Part shown: positions 52,508 through 61,745 of the stretch, one piece after another
Numbering within the stretch: the first letter of the stretch is position 1
Layout: the number at the start of each line of letters is the position of its first letter
Assembly: GCA_964566255.1 (NCBI GenBank)
Contig: CAZMID010000004.1
Location: forward strand, 3,441-67,440
Direction of reading: 5' to 3'
Length of the DNA: 64,000 bases
From: an uncultured Planctomycetia bacterium
Lineage (GTDB): Bacteria > Omnitrophota > Gorgyraeia > Gorgyraeales > Gorgyraeaceae
Position numbers and translations under genes: made by a program
The notes under the pieces: generated by a model
Told to the model about the DNA's origin: nothing
The model's input: the letters and a program-made list of their open reading frames with translations, nothing else
Database searches by the model: none

Positions 52508-53392
52508 TTAATATTGTTCTTTATATTTTAGAGTATCTTGTAAAAATTGATACGATTGGACTACTTTATCAATATCCAAATGTCGACCTTCAAAAATCAC
52601 TGGGATATCCTTGAAAAAATTGTCTCGCAAAACCTCCATATACCAGCCATCGCTTCTTAGGGCCTCGTGGTCGTCTTCCAATCCTTCGTTGTGACTAAGT
52701 TCAACTGCTACTATTCGAGGTTTTAACATCTCAATCACTCTATATTTATCAAAACTCCAGGCATAAGCTGCCAGGTTCAAATGTCCTAAGTTAAGGTTTA
52801 TGCCTATCTTTCTATCTTGGACCTCTTTTAGAAAAATAAAGAAATCATCTGGTTTTGAAAAAAGAACAAAATCCTTTTTTGAGACAGACCCTTGAGTCTC
52901 AACAGCTACTGTAATCGCTCTATCATTTATATACCGGGCAATCTCTTTTAGAGAGTCCAGAAAAATATTAAAACATTGCATATAATCAGGGAGCGGAACA
53001 GATGAATCTGGTAATGAAAAATCAAAGTCATAATTCTTTGATGATCGGGCCTCTCCTATCGGATCAACTAAGAAACCTGGATGTATTGTGTAAATCTTGG
53101 CGCCTATTGCCTCAGCAAAATCAATGGAATACTTGATAAACTCCAGACTCTTTCGGCGTATCTGATCATTGCAAGAGGCAATATTTAATATAATGCGTTC
53201 CGAAAGAGGAGGAAAAAAATTATGGACAATATAACTACATCTTATTTCCTTAAGTAAAGGCCCTAATCTCCTTTCACAACAATGTATAGATCCCAATTCT
53301 ATGTTAAAAATATTCTTTTCAGTAAGAAGACTTACCGCTTTGATAACTGAACTTTGATTCTGCATAAATGTCGTAGAAACGTAAACAGGCAT
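52508..53392 (-). CDS. Sugar phosphate isomerase/epimerase (xylose isomerase-like TIM barrel)
   Basis: HNFFPP, HPGF, E, GHL, SHN.G..DH metal-binding motifs. Confidence 0.75.
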   Translation of the reverse strand: MPVYVSTTFMQNQSSVIKAVSLLTEKNIFNIELGSIHCCERRLGPLLKEIRCSYIVHNFFPPLSERIILNIASCNDQIRRKSLEFIKYSIDFAEAIGAKIYTIHPGFLVDPIGEARSSKNYDFDFSLPDSSVPLPDYMQCFNIFLDSLKEIARYINDRAITVAVETQGSVSKKDFVLFSKPDDFFIFLKEVQDRKIGINLNLGHLNLAAYAWSFDKYRVIEMLKPRIVAVELSHNEGLEDDHEALRSDGWYMEVLRDNFFKDIPVIFEGRHLDIDKVVQSYQFLQDTLKYKEQY

Positions 53393-53406
53393 AATATAAA
53401 TAAATC

Positions 53407-54057
53407 TTATTTTTGTAGATCAGTCTTGTGTCTAATTTCTTGAGCTGGCACTCCTACTACTGTAGTTTCAGGCAGGACATCTTTCCTCACGAGTGCCGCA
53501 GCTCCAACTATAGCCATGCGCCTGATAACTACATTCTCTAAAATAGATGCCCCCATACCTAAAAAGGCTGATTCTTCGATCTTCACTTTACCTGCAATAT
53601 CAACTCCTGGATTAATATTTACAAAATCTCCAATTTCCACATCATGACCTATGGAAACATTGGAGTTTATTATTACTGAATTTCCGATATTGACATTCGT
53701 ATTAATCGTAACGTTCGGATAAATCACGACTCCTTGGCCCAAAGAAACATCCGAAGCAACAACCGCTGAAGGATGCACTATGTTTATTGGCTTGAAACCA
53801 ATATCGCATATTTTTCTAAACAAAACCTTTCGCGTAGCTATCTCGCTCACTGCAACAAAGGCATAAGTCACATTTTGTCTGATAATACGCTCCAGTAAAT
53901 TATCATCGCCTAGAACAGGTATATCATTTATCAATATCCCCTTTCTAATTGAGCTGGGATCAGTAAAACCAATAATTCTATATTCATTGCTAGGTTGTAA
54001 AAAAGAAAGGGCTTCTCGAGCAAAAGCGCCAGTTCCTAAAATAACAACATTTCTCAT
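53407..54057 (-). CDS. NeuD/PglD-family sugar acetyltransferase
   Basis: GxG.FARE, VHPSA, IGHD, hexapeptide repeats, GVPA. Confidence 0.87.
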   Translation of the reverse strand: MRNVVILGTGAFAREALSFLQPSNEYRIIGFTDPSSIRKGILINDIPVLGDDNLLERIIRQNVTYAFVAVSEIATRKVLFRKICDIGFKPINIVHPSAVVASDVSLGQGVVIYPNVTINTNVNIGNSVIINSNVSIGHDVEIGDFVNINPGVDIAGKVKIEESAFLGMGASILENVVIRRMAIVGAAALVRKDVLPETTVVGVPAQEIRHKTDLQK

Positions 54058-54066
54058 ATAAACTTC

Positions 54067-54114
54067 CTATTTTATCTGATTCGATATAAATGTTGTAGAC
54101 ACAAAAATAGACAT
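54067..54114 (-). pseudogene. 5' remnant of an isomerase gene paralogous to 52508-53392
   Basis: Mini-ORF MSIFVSTTFISNQIK* aligns with MPVYVSTTFMQNQ (8 of the first 13 residues identical). Confidence 0.7.
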
Positions 54115-54116
54115 AT

Positions 54117-55064
54117 CTAGGACAAAATCATTCCGACTTTTAAATCTTTATTTTTAAAAAAATTATATGCTAAAGAACTATCGCCTTTATCTTCCCAACC
54201 AGCTTTCATCAGGCTAACATAACCATCTGATGCGGCAACAACAATGCCTTTTCCTTGCGTTACTTCTACAATTTCACCATTTATTCTCTTTTTAGAAGGT
54301 TTTACATTAGTCTTGCACTCCTTTGCCTCCCATATTAAAAGCTTTCTGTTATTATACATAGTGAAAGCTGGTTTAAATGGAGGAAAACATAACGCTCGTA
54401 TTAAAGTAACAACTTCTCTTTTATCTTTTTTCCAATCAATTTCTCCTCTAAAAGGAACCTGTCTTCCGTAATATTGAGCCAAAGTATGATCTTGTTTGAT
54501 ACTTTGAACCTTACCGCGCTTTTCAAAAAGTAGCAGCTTTTCTTTAAATAAATCTATCGCTCGTTCGCCTACTTTCTGATACAATGAAAATGCAGTATCT
54601 CTATTAGAAATCGTCACTTTTTTTATATCGATAATATCTCCAGCGTCAATTTCAGGTTCAATATAATGCATTGTAACACCTGTCTCTTTTTCTCCATTTA
54701 TAATGCTCCAGGCTCCTGAATAACAACCTCTGTATTTAGGCAATAATCCACCGTGTAAATTAATAGCACCATAACAAGGTATATCCAATATAGCCTTTGG
54801 GATAATCTTTGGATAATAACAAGAAAAGATTATATCAGGTTTTAAAGCATCAATTTTAGCTATAAATTTCTCACTCTTTAAATCAATCGAGTTTAGCATA
54901 TTCAAATTGTTCTCTAGTGCGATTTTCTTAACAGAACGACACCATGTATCTATACCTCTATCATCTGGAGACACAGCAACCCCAACAATATTTTTATTGC
55001 TTTTAAGTAGATATTCTAAGCAATAAGCTCCTACATCTCTATAACCCAATAGTAATATCTTCAT
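54117..55064 (-). CDS. Sugar N-formyltransferase (Fmt/ArnA-N-like)
   Basis: NLHGGLLPKYRG, IDAGDI, IRAL.FPP. Confidence 0.83.
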   Translation of the reverse strand: MKILLLGYRDVGAYCLEYLLKSNKNIVGVAVSPDDRGIDTWCRSVKKIALENNLNMLNSIDLKSEKFIAKIDALKPDIIFSCYYPKIIPKAILDIPCYGAINLHGGLLPKYRGCYSGAWSIINGEKETGVTMHYIEPEIDAGDIIDIKKVTISNRDTAFSLYQKVGERAIDLFKEKLLLFEKRGKVQSIKQDHTLAQYYGRQVPFRGEIDWKKDKREVVTLIRALCFPPFKPAFTMYNNRKLLIWEAKECKTNVKPSKKRINGEIVEVTQGKGIVVAASDGYVSLMKAGWEDKGDSSLAYNFFKNKDLKVGMILS

Positions 55065-56125
55065 TTTTCCATTTCAGTTTTTAACATCTTCCAGTCTATA
55101 ACGCTATCTTTTTGTATAAACGCTTTGACCCTTTTACCTATAAGAGAATCAATGAATTTTGGCTGGATTCCTGTTCCTGGCCTTTTTGTAACAAGCATAT
55201 CTCGAGTTATTGTCTCATTTTTATTTATATCTACTTTACTAACTACACTCTTCCTTAATTTTATACGATTCTCTTTTTCTGATTCAGCAGGTTTTTTGAT
55301 AGAACTACCTAGTGTTAGCTCTGTAGTACGTATATCATGAACAAGCCTTTTTAATTCTTGAGGATTTAGTGAACTTTTATGATCAGGACCCGGTAGATTT
55401 TTATCAAGTGTAAAATGTTTTTCGTATAAAACAGCTCCTAATACAGTAGCAGCAATTGGATTAATATAATCTGGCGTATGGTCAGAGTACCCCACTAAAA
55501 GGTTAAATTCCTCCCTCAATAGAGAGATTACTCTCAAATTTGTATCTTCCAATTTGGCAGGATAATTTGCTGTGCAATGAAGTAGTATCAGGTCTTGGTA
55601 ACCTTCGTTTCTTATAGTATCAATGCCTTCTTTAACCTCTTCCAGCGTACACATGGCGGTGGACAAAATGATTGGACGCTTCTTGCGTGCTAAATATTTA
55701 AGAAAAGGGATGTTATTGGCATCTGTAGATGCTACTTTAAAGGCAGGAATATCCAAATCCTCCAGCATGTCAGCACTCTTCTCATCGTAAGGCGTAGAAA
55801 GAAACATAATTCTCATTTTATTACAGTGTTCTATCAATGCCTCATGAGCATATCTATCGAGTTCCTGACTCTTCAGCAAATCAAACCAAGACTGCTCCAT
55901 GCCTGTGGTTTCAATATGATAAGTAGATTTTGGAGCGGTTTTGGTATTCAGATTCTCTGCTTTAAAAGTCTGGAATTTCACAGCATCTGCACCAGATTCT
56001 TTAGCTAGTTCAATCATCTTTTTAGCCAGTTCAATATCACCATTGTGATTAACGCCGGCTTCTGCAATAATAAATACTGGCTCTCCTTCACCAATAATTC
56101 GATTAGCAATCTTTATCTTCTTCAT
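55061..56125 (-). CDS. neuB: Nonulosonic acid synthase (NeuB/LegI/PseI family) with SAF domain
   Basis: IAEAGVNHNG, KFQTF, LHCTANYP, GYSDHT, EKHFTLD..GPDH, KRPGTG. Confidence 0.92.
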   Translation of the reverse strand: MKKIKIANRIIGEGEPVFIIAEAGVNHNGDIELAKKMIELAKESGADAVKFQTFKAENLNTKTAPKSTYHIETTGMEQSWFDLLKSQELDRYAHEALIEHCNKMRIMFLSTPYDEKSADMLEDLDIPAFKVASTDANNIPFLKYLARKKRPIILSTAMCTLEEVKEGIDTIRNEGYQDLILLHCTANYPAKLEDTNLRVISLLREEFNLLVGYSDHTPDYINPIAATVLGAVLYEKHFTLDKNLPGPDHKSSLNPQELKRLVHDIRTTELTLGSSIKKPAESEKENRIKLRKSVVSKVDINKNETITRDMLVTKRPGTGIQPKFIDSLIGKRVKAFIQKDSVIDWKMLKTEMEK

Positions 56126-56823
56126 TTACTCATTTTCTCCCACCATGGATATAAAAGTTCAGCAATCTTGAAATCAAGTTCAGTATCTATGTCAACAGCG
56201 GCTATATCACCCATCTTTATAAAACCGACTTTATCTCCATATATACTTTTCTTGTCTAAGATAGTCTCCCTTTTTATCACCTCAATAGTCCCATTGCCCT
56301 GATATACCTTAGGAAGATCTTGTCGTCTCGTCAGTTCATACCCTGTCTCAATAAAATTTACCAGCCTATCTTCAGCGATCCTTTTCATCCAATATGGCGG
56401 ATAAACTGCTTTTGATATTGCCCTAATAGAATCAAAATCAGATTCAAAAATCCTCTTTATCGCTTTATCAATTTCATCAGCAGTACGAAATATACTAGTA
56501 GGTCGTAAAAAAACAATATAATCCGGCTTCCAATTATGCGCATCAAACCAGAGTAGGGCATGTTCAATCACAGAAAAATCAGAAGCAGTATCTTCTGCGA
56601 GTTCACCGGGTCTCAAAAATGGAACTTCAGCACCATATTTCTTGGCCACATCAGCTATCTCCTGATCTTCAGTAGAAACTACAGTCCTACTTATAAATTT
56701 ACTCTTTAATGCTTCTTCAATCGCGTAAGCAACCAAAGGTCTATCCTTTAAAAGCCTAATGTTTTTGCGTTTTATCTCTTTTGATTTTCCACGTGCAGGT
56801 ATTAAACCAAGGACATTCTTCAT
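56122..56823 (-). CDS. neuA: CMP-nonulosonic acid synthetase
   Basis: IPARGKSK..KN, PFLRP, RPTS, RRQDLP, DIDTELD; start placed at ATG 56823. Confidence 0.9.
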   Translation of the reverse strand: MKNVLGLIPARGKSKEIKRKNIRLLKDRPLVAYAIEEALKSKFISRTVVSTEDQEIADVAKKYGAEVPFLRPGELAEDTASDFSVIEHALLWFDAHNWKPDYIVFLRPTSIFRTADEIDKAIKRIFESDFDSIRAISKAVYPPYWMKRIAEDRLVNFIETGYELTRRQDLPKVYQGNGTIEVIKRETILDKKSIYGDKVGFIKMGDIAAVDIDTELDFKIAELLYPWWEKMSK

Positions 56824-56824
56824 T

Positions 56825-57646
56825 CTATGCCTCCATCTTTCTGGCATACGTTGTCATTATATTGCCATAAAAAGGCGGTGATATTTTACCCTTATCAAAT
56901 AATCGAATAAGATTTTTAATAGTAAAATAATCTGTTGTAAAAAAGGGGGTTTCTTTCTTTATAACCCTGTATCCAATCTTATTTAACAATAATTGTACGG
57001 TCTTCTCTGAAAACATCGTTAAATGCTCTTTTCCTAATAATCTAAAGTTACCCTTGAATCTTTTTGCACAGAAACTACTCACATTCGGTAATCCAATAAT
57101 TACAATGCCATTCTTCTTCATGATCGTTTTGATCATCTGCATGAATTCAAGTGGATCCACTAAATGTTCAATTACATGATAAAGCACTACTATATCAAAA
57201 TATTCTCTTGGAAAGGTGTTCTTATCTAGTAAGTCCTTGCATATATTAATTTCCTGGTAGTTGTCTTTTATATACTCTACGCATACATCTGAAATCTCAA
57301 GGCCGTATTTTTCATGTTTATTAGAAATAGCGGAAAGCAAAAAACCTGGGCCACACCCCACATCAAGAAGTCTCCCCGAAGACTGTCTGTTGATAAACGA
57401 AGGTATCCTACCATACCAATTTTTTAATTTGGGACTTCTTTCTAAAAGCATGTTTCTCTTTTTCCCATCAGGATCAAGTGATTGCTGCCAATAGTCTTCC
57501 TTGTATTCCATCTCCAGATAGGGGTTCTGGATAATAAGACTACAATTAACGCATTCGACAAACTGGTTATTTTGCCAATCATAAAAAGTAAACTTAAAGT
57601 CACTCCCCTTACATAAGGGACAATTTTTTCTATATAACTTTTTCAT
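56825..57646 (-). CDS. Class I SAM-dependent methyltransferase with N-terminal Cys motif
   Basis: CPLC...CVNC, LLDVGCGPG, HVIEH; start placed at ATG 57646. Confidence 0.83.
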   Translation of the reverse strand: MKKLYRKNCPLCKGSDFKFTFYDWQNNQFVECVNCSLIIQNPYLEMEYKEDYWQQSLDPDGKKRNMLLERSPKLKNWYGRIPSFINRQSSGRLLDVGCGPGFLLSAISNKHEKYGLEISDVCVEYIKDNYQEINICKDLLDKNTFPREYFDIVVLYHVIEHLVDPLEFMQMIKTIMKKNGIVIIGLPNVSSFCAKRFKGNFRLLGKEHLTMFSEKTVQLLLNKIGYRVIKKETPFFTTDYFTIKNLIRLFDKGKISPPFYGNIMTTYARKMEA

Positions 57647-58376
57647 GACTAATGATATGTTTATTTTTAAATGCAACTAAGTATAAAAAAGACAAGATGA
57701 AAAGCCATAAAGAAATAGACTTATAAAATGTCTTCTCTGGAATCAATGGCAGATCTTCCTTCTCAGAAAAGACAACTCGCCTATCTTCATCCATAATATC
57801 AAAGGATATATAATTCCTGCCTGGCTTTTCAAAACTGAAATTGGCAAGTACCCTTACCTCATTCAGCCCTAATTGTAAAAATTTGGTAATTTCTATCACT
57901 GGGAAGTCTTTTTTATATTCGCGATTAGTGCCAAATGTTTTGTTATAATCAGGTACCCAGTTAAACTCTACAAAATTGTCATTGATGTAAAGCCTGTAAA
58001 GCTCTTGCGTCTTGATACGCATAAAATACTTATCCCTTTTATCTATCTCTATCTGTCCGGACAATTCATAATTCCTTCCGTGCATAAAATACTGGTCAAC
58101 CTTATTCCCATCAAACACTATATTCTCTGGATAATGCCGCCTCCTAATAGACCTTGCGTATGCATGGTAAGAATCGTATAAATCAGCTATCCTATTATTG
58201 TCTCCTTCCTTATTTAGCAAAATATTTTTGAATTCGCTCCAAAAAGGATAGCGATCGACCTTTAAAAAAATTATCCCAGTAAAAACTGACCATGTTACGG
58301 TCAATAGTATCAAAGTAATAATAACTATGATGTTCTTGAGCGGTAGGCCTTTGATAATACGCGTATCTTCTAACAT
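57630..58376 (-). CDS. Hypothetical membrane protein (two TM anchors around a beta-rich domain)
   Basis: N- and C-terminal hydrophobic helices; operon-coupled position. Confidence 0.55.
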   Translation of the reverse strand: MLEDTRIIKGLPLKNIIVIITLILLTVTWSVFTGIIFLKVDRYPFWSEFKNILLNKEGDNNRIADLYDSYHAYARSIRRRHYPENIVFDGNKVDQYFMHGRNYELSGQIEIDKRDKYFMRIKTQELYRLYINDNFVEFNWVPDYNKTFGTNREYKKDFPVIEITKFLQLGLNEVRVLANFSFEKPGRNYISFDIMDEDRRVVFSEKEDLPLIPEKTFYKSISLWLFILSFLYLVAFKNKHIISHEKVI

Positions 58377-58389
58377 CTAAAACTCCTAA

Positions 58390-59616
58390 TTATCTAGTAA
58401 CTACTAAAAAATTGCTCTTCTTCACTAAAGACACTAGCCAGATCAATATAAGTGCCGGAAGAAGTGCTACGCCTCCTATAAAATGAAAAGACTTAACAAA
58501 ACATTCTGGATAAAGCCAATAATTATAAAAACTCTTCATGGATGTCAATGGAACAAACTGATGATAATTTGCATATTGATTTGTTTCGAAAATCAAGTAT
58601 TGAGAGAAATTCAACTGCCATATAAACCCTAAAACAGAATATAGACAAAAAAGTTTATCTATAAAGATAACACCTATCGGAATAACCCAATATAAATACT
58701 GCGATGCCAAAACTGGAGATAAAATATAAACAACGAGTATAGTTATCAAAAGTAATGCCAAGATATTTGTTTTTCTGCCAACATACCCAATAATAACTGC
58801 AGAGATAATTATAATAAATTTTGAAAATTTAGCATAAACTCTTATTAAATCTCCGATGGTAGCTAACTCAAAGAAAGGAATCCCCCATCCAAGATGTCCA
58901 CCACCGCTATAACCAAGCATTGACCTAATGCTTCTAATAATCAAAAGTTGGTCTAACAACAGCAAAAAAGGCAAGATACACCCCAATATATAGATCAAAA
59001 GAAAACCTCTTTTATCTTTTGCATGAGGCCTCTTGAAAAAGAAAGCCGGGAGACAGAAAATAACATACGGCTTAAAATATGTAGCTAACAACAATGTCAA
59101 TGGAATAGCTACATTTTTATGTCTTTCTGCCCAGGAATGCGATAATTCAATATAGACTGCTAGCAGGATAAAAAAGAATACCTGCTGATCAAATTGCCCA
59201 TGCAGTGCAGTAAGCTGAAAACTCATGGGATTAAAAATATAAGCAGCGCATACAAATAATGAAAATCTGTCAGATTTTCCCATTTGTCTTGTGATTTTAA
59301 ACAATAAGAACATAATTCCTATGTCTGCGAAAATATCAGCTAATCTCATCCAAAACGAGTAAAAGAGTCCAAAATGATCTACAAAGACTCCAAAGATATA
59401 CCCAAATACATAAATTGAAGGAAAATATGGTATCCCTATAGGTATTTGACCATCAATCAAATATTCATTATAAGATTCGAGGTTCGAAGGATCGCCATGC
59501 CCTTTAAAAAGATAAGCAAATGCCAATCTTATTAACACGCCTAAAAATAATAAAATGGCGTATTTGATATAATCTCTACGGCAAGCCTTATCTTGTAATG
59601 TCGCTTTAAAAAACAT
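58390..59616 (-). CDS. GT-C fold membrane glycosyltransferase (GT87/PimE-like)
   Basis: Multi-TM, PYFP, FNP...HGQFD, KPY, SQYLYW. Confidence 0.68.
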   Translation of the reverse strand: MFFKATLQDKACRRDYIKYAILLFLGVLIRLAFAYLFKGHGDPSNLESYNEYLIDGQIPIGIPYFPSIYVFGYIFGVFVDHFGLFYSFWMRLADIFADIGIMFLLFKITRQMGKSDRFSLFVCAAYIFNPMSFQLTALHGQFDQQVFFFILLAVYIELSHSWAERHKNVAIPLTLLLATYFKPYVIFCLPAFFFKRPHAKDKRGFLLIYILGCILPFLLLLDQLLIIRSIRSMLGYSGGGHLGWGIPFFELATIGDLIRVYAKFSKFIIIISAVIIGYVGRKTNILALLLITILVVYILSPVLASQYLYWVIPIGVIFIDKLFCLYSVLGFIWQLNFSQYLIFETNQYANYHQFVPLTSMKSFYNYWLYPECFVKSFHFIGGVALLPALILIWLVSLVKKSNFLVVTR

Positions 59617-59619
59617 AAA

Positions 59620-60318
59620 TCATCTTCCTTTCAACCTGAAGTAAAACATCTCTTTTAATCCAGAAAAAGCAGCGGGGATATGCCTAATTGACCTTCTGCC
59701 TTTTACGCGCTTCAAATAAGCTATAGGGATTTCTTTTATAGATAATTGCATACTTTTACTTTTTATAGCAACTTTTGTTGTTGTCATAATAGGGTGGATA
59801 TCAAGTATGCCTAAAACAGGTAAGAGCTTTTCCCTCCTGTATAATTTAAAGGCGCAATTAGGATCTCTTAAGAATATGCGAAAAAGAATCAAGGTTAATA
59901 AAATATTCCCTATCGTGAAAAAAATACGCTCCCTGCTATCCCTATGGGTTATATTTCGAACTCCCCATATAGCATCGTAATCATCGCGATACTTCCATAA
60001 CTTCCAGATATCCTTAGGATAATGTGAATAATCGGCATCTGCCCACATAACATAATCCTTAGAGGCATACTTAAGTCCTTTAAAAACTGTTTCGCCATAT
60101 CTTTTATTTTTCTCATTATTTAATACAACAACTTGGGAGAACTGTCCTTTTAACTTTCTTAGTATCTGTGATGTAGAATCTGTTGAAGCGTCATTAACTA
60201 TAATTATCTCAAAATCGTCTAAATGCCTACTAAGCTCAGCATGCCAATCACACGTAAAACGCTGAATATTATCTTCTTCGTTATAACACGGGACCACAAG
60301 ACTTAATGACGGTTTCAT
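59620..60318 (-). CDS. GT2 polyprenol-phosphate glycosyltransferase (DPM/DPG synthase-like)
   Basis: VPCYNEE, NDASTD, DAD, DPNCAFKLY. Confidence 0.85.
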   Translation of the reverse strand: MKPSLSLVVPCYNEEDNIQRFTCDWHAELSRHLDDFEIIIVNDASTDSTSQILRKLKGQFSQVVVLNNEKNKRYGETVFKGLKYASKDYVMWADADYSHYPKDIWKLWKYRDDYDAIWGVRNITHRDSRERIFFTIGNILLTLILFRIFLRDPNCAFKLYRREKLLPVLGILDIHPIMTTTKVAIKSKSMQLSIKEIPIAYLKRVKGRRSIRHIPAAFSGLKEMFYFRLKGR

Positions 60319-60339
60319 AAAGAGCCTCTTTTATAAAAA

Positions 60340-61716
60340 TTAAATACCGGCAACTTCTGCTTCTCCTGCCAAATCAACTAAATAATCATACCAGCCAAAA
60401 ACTTCCTTTGCATTACGATGGGCGATCCGAGGACGCTTGGAACCACCACATTCCTCTTTTCGCTGAAAATTACCTATTGTCTGAAATTCTGAAAAGTCTT
60501 TCAGGCGCTCAGGTACCCAATGTATAGGGTCTGCCAAGGCCTCTTGGTACGAAACTGTCCCCGGCAAAGGCTGAAAGATATGAAAACTAAATTTCACTTT
60601 CCCATTTGTTTCACTAATGATCCTCTTTACATATTCGCCTGTCAGCTTAACATCACTTGACGTCTCATAAGGTAGGCAACCTGTTATCATCTGGGCCCTG
60701 ACCTTCAAATTATACTTTGCAGTTAAAAGTAAGGCCTTGTAATTTTGCTCAGATGTATTCTGCTTATTCAAACCCGCTAATACCTGATCAGAAAAATGTT
60801 CCACACCAAAAACTATCCCCACGCATCCAGAATCTACCATCATCTGCAACTTCTTCTCATCTATATGATCTGTTCTTCCCAGGCAAAGCCAATCCAACCC
60901 AGACCGAGACATCTGTTTACATAATTCATCAAGCATATCTTTCTTGGTCAACATGTCATCATCATCAAAATATACCCTATTTATTCCCCATCGCTTTTTA
61001 TGCTGTATAAGTTCATCTACGGCATTTTTTATATTGCGATGGCGAATCCATTTATGACCGGCTTGACCACTCATGCAAAACTTACATCTGCTATAACATC
61101 CACGACTGACCATTACATTAAATTGTAAATCATCTTTATGTTTGTTCAGATAGCTGTATACACCGGGCTTTAGATAACGGTAGATGCCATAATCTTCAAA
61201 CCGTAATGGATAATATTTTTCAATATCTCTTTCCAGTGGCCGTTTACCTGTATCAATAATACTTCCATCTTTACTTAAAAAGACAAGACCGGGAATATTC
61301 GAGATATCTTTCTGACTGGTCATTAATTCCAATATGCATTCTTCGCCCTCACCATTAACTGCAATATCAGCATTACGACTACGTAAACAATCCTCGGGAA
61401 GCGCTATAGCATGAGCGCCTCCGATAACTATCCGCGCCGATGGATTTCTAGATTTTAAAAATGTCGCTAATTCCTGGGCATAAAATATTTGACAGGTTAC
61501 GGCGGAGATGCCATAGAGATCGGCATCTGGAATTACATCCCATGATTCCTGCTTGGTTCCAGCTAAATCTACCAACGTGGAATCAACACCGTTCTTTCGC
61601 AAATAAGAATGGATAGACAAAGGGCCCCTTGCCATAATCTCAGTGTCGGATTTTAAATGGGATGTCGGAAGATTTATTATTACTATCCTACTCCGATCCA
61701 CACCTTTTAAGATCAT
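60340..61716 (-). CDS. Cobalamin-binding radical SAM protein #5
   Basis: GGAHA, GEGE, SRGCYSRCKFC, GVEHFS, PLPGT. Confidence 0.85.
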   Translation of the reverse strand: MILKGVDRSRIVIINLPTSHLKSDTEIMARGPLSIHSYLRKNGVDSTLVDLAGTKQESWDVIPDADLYGISAVTCQIFYAQELATFLKSRNPSARIVIGGAHAIALPEDCLRSRNADIAVNGEGEECILELMTSQKDISNIPGLVFLSKDGSIIDTGKRPLERDIEKYYPLRFEDYGIYRYLKPGVYSYLNKHKDDLQFNVMVSRGCYSRCKFCMSGQAGHKWIRHRNIKNAVDELIQHKKRWGINRVYFDDDDMLTKKDMLDELCKQMSRSGLDWLCLGRTDHIDEKKLQMMVDSGCVGIVFGVEHFSDQVLAGLNKQNTSEQNYKALLLTAKYNLKVRAQMITGCLPYETSSDVKLTGEYVKRIISETNGKVKFSFHIFQPLPGTVSYQEALADPIHWVPERLKDFSEFQTIGNFQRKEECGGSKRPRIAHRNAKEVFGWYDYLVDLAGEAEVAGI

Positions 61717-61745
61717 TTGCCTACTTCCTCCTTAAATCCTTAACA

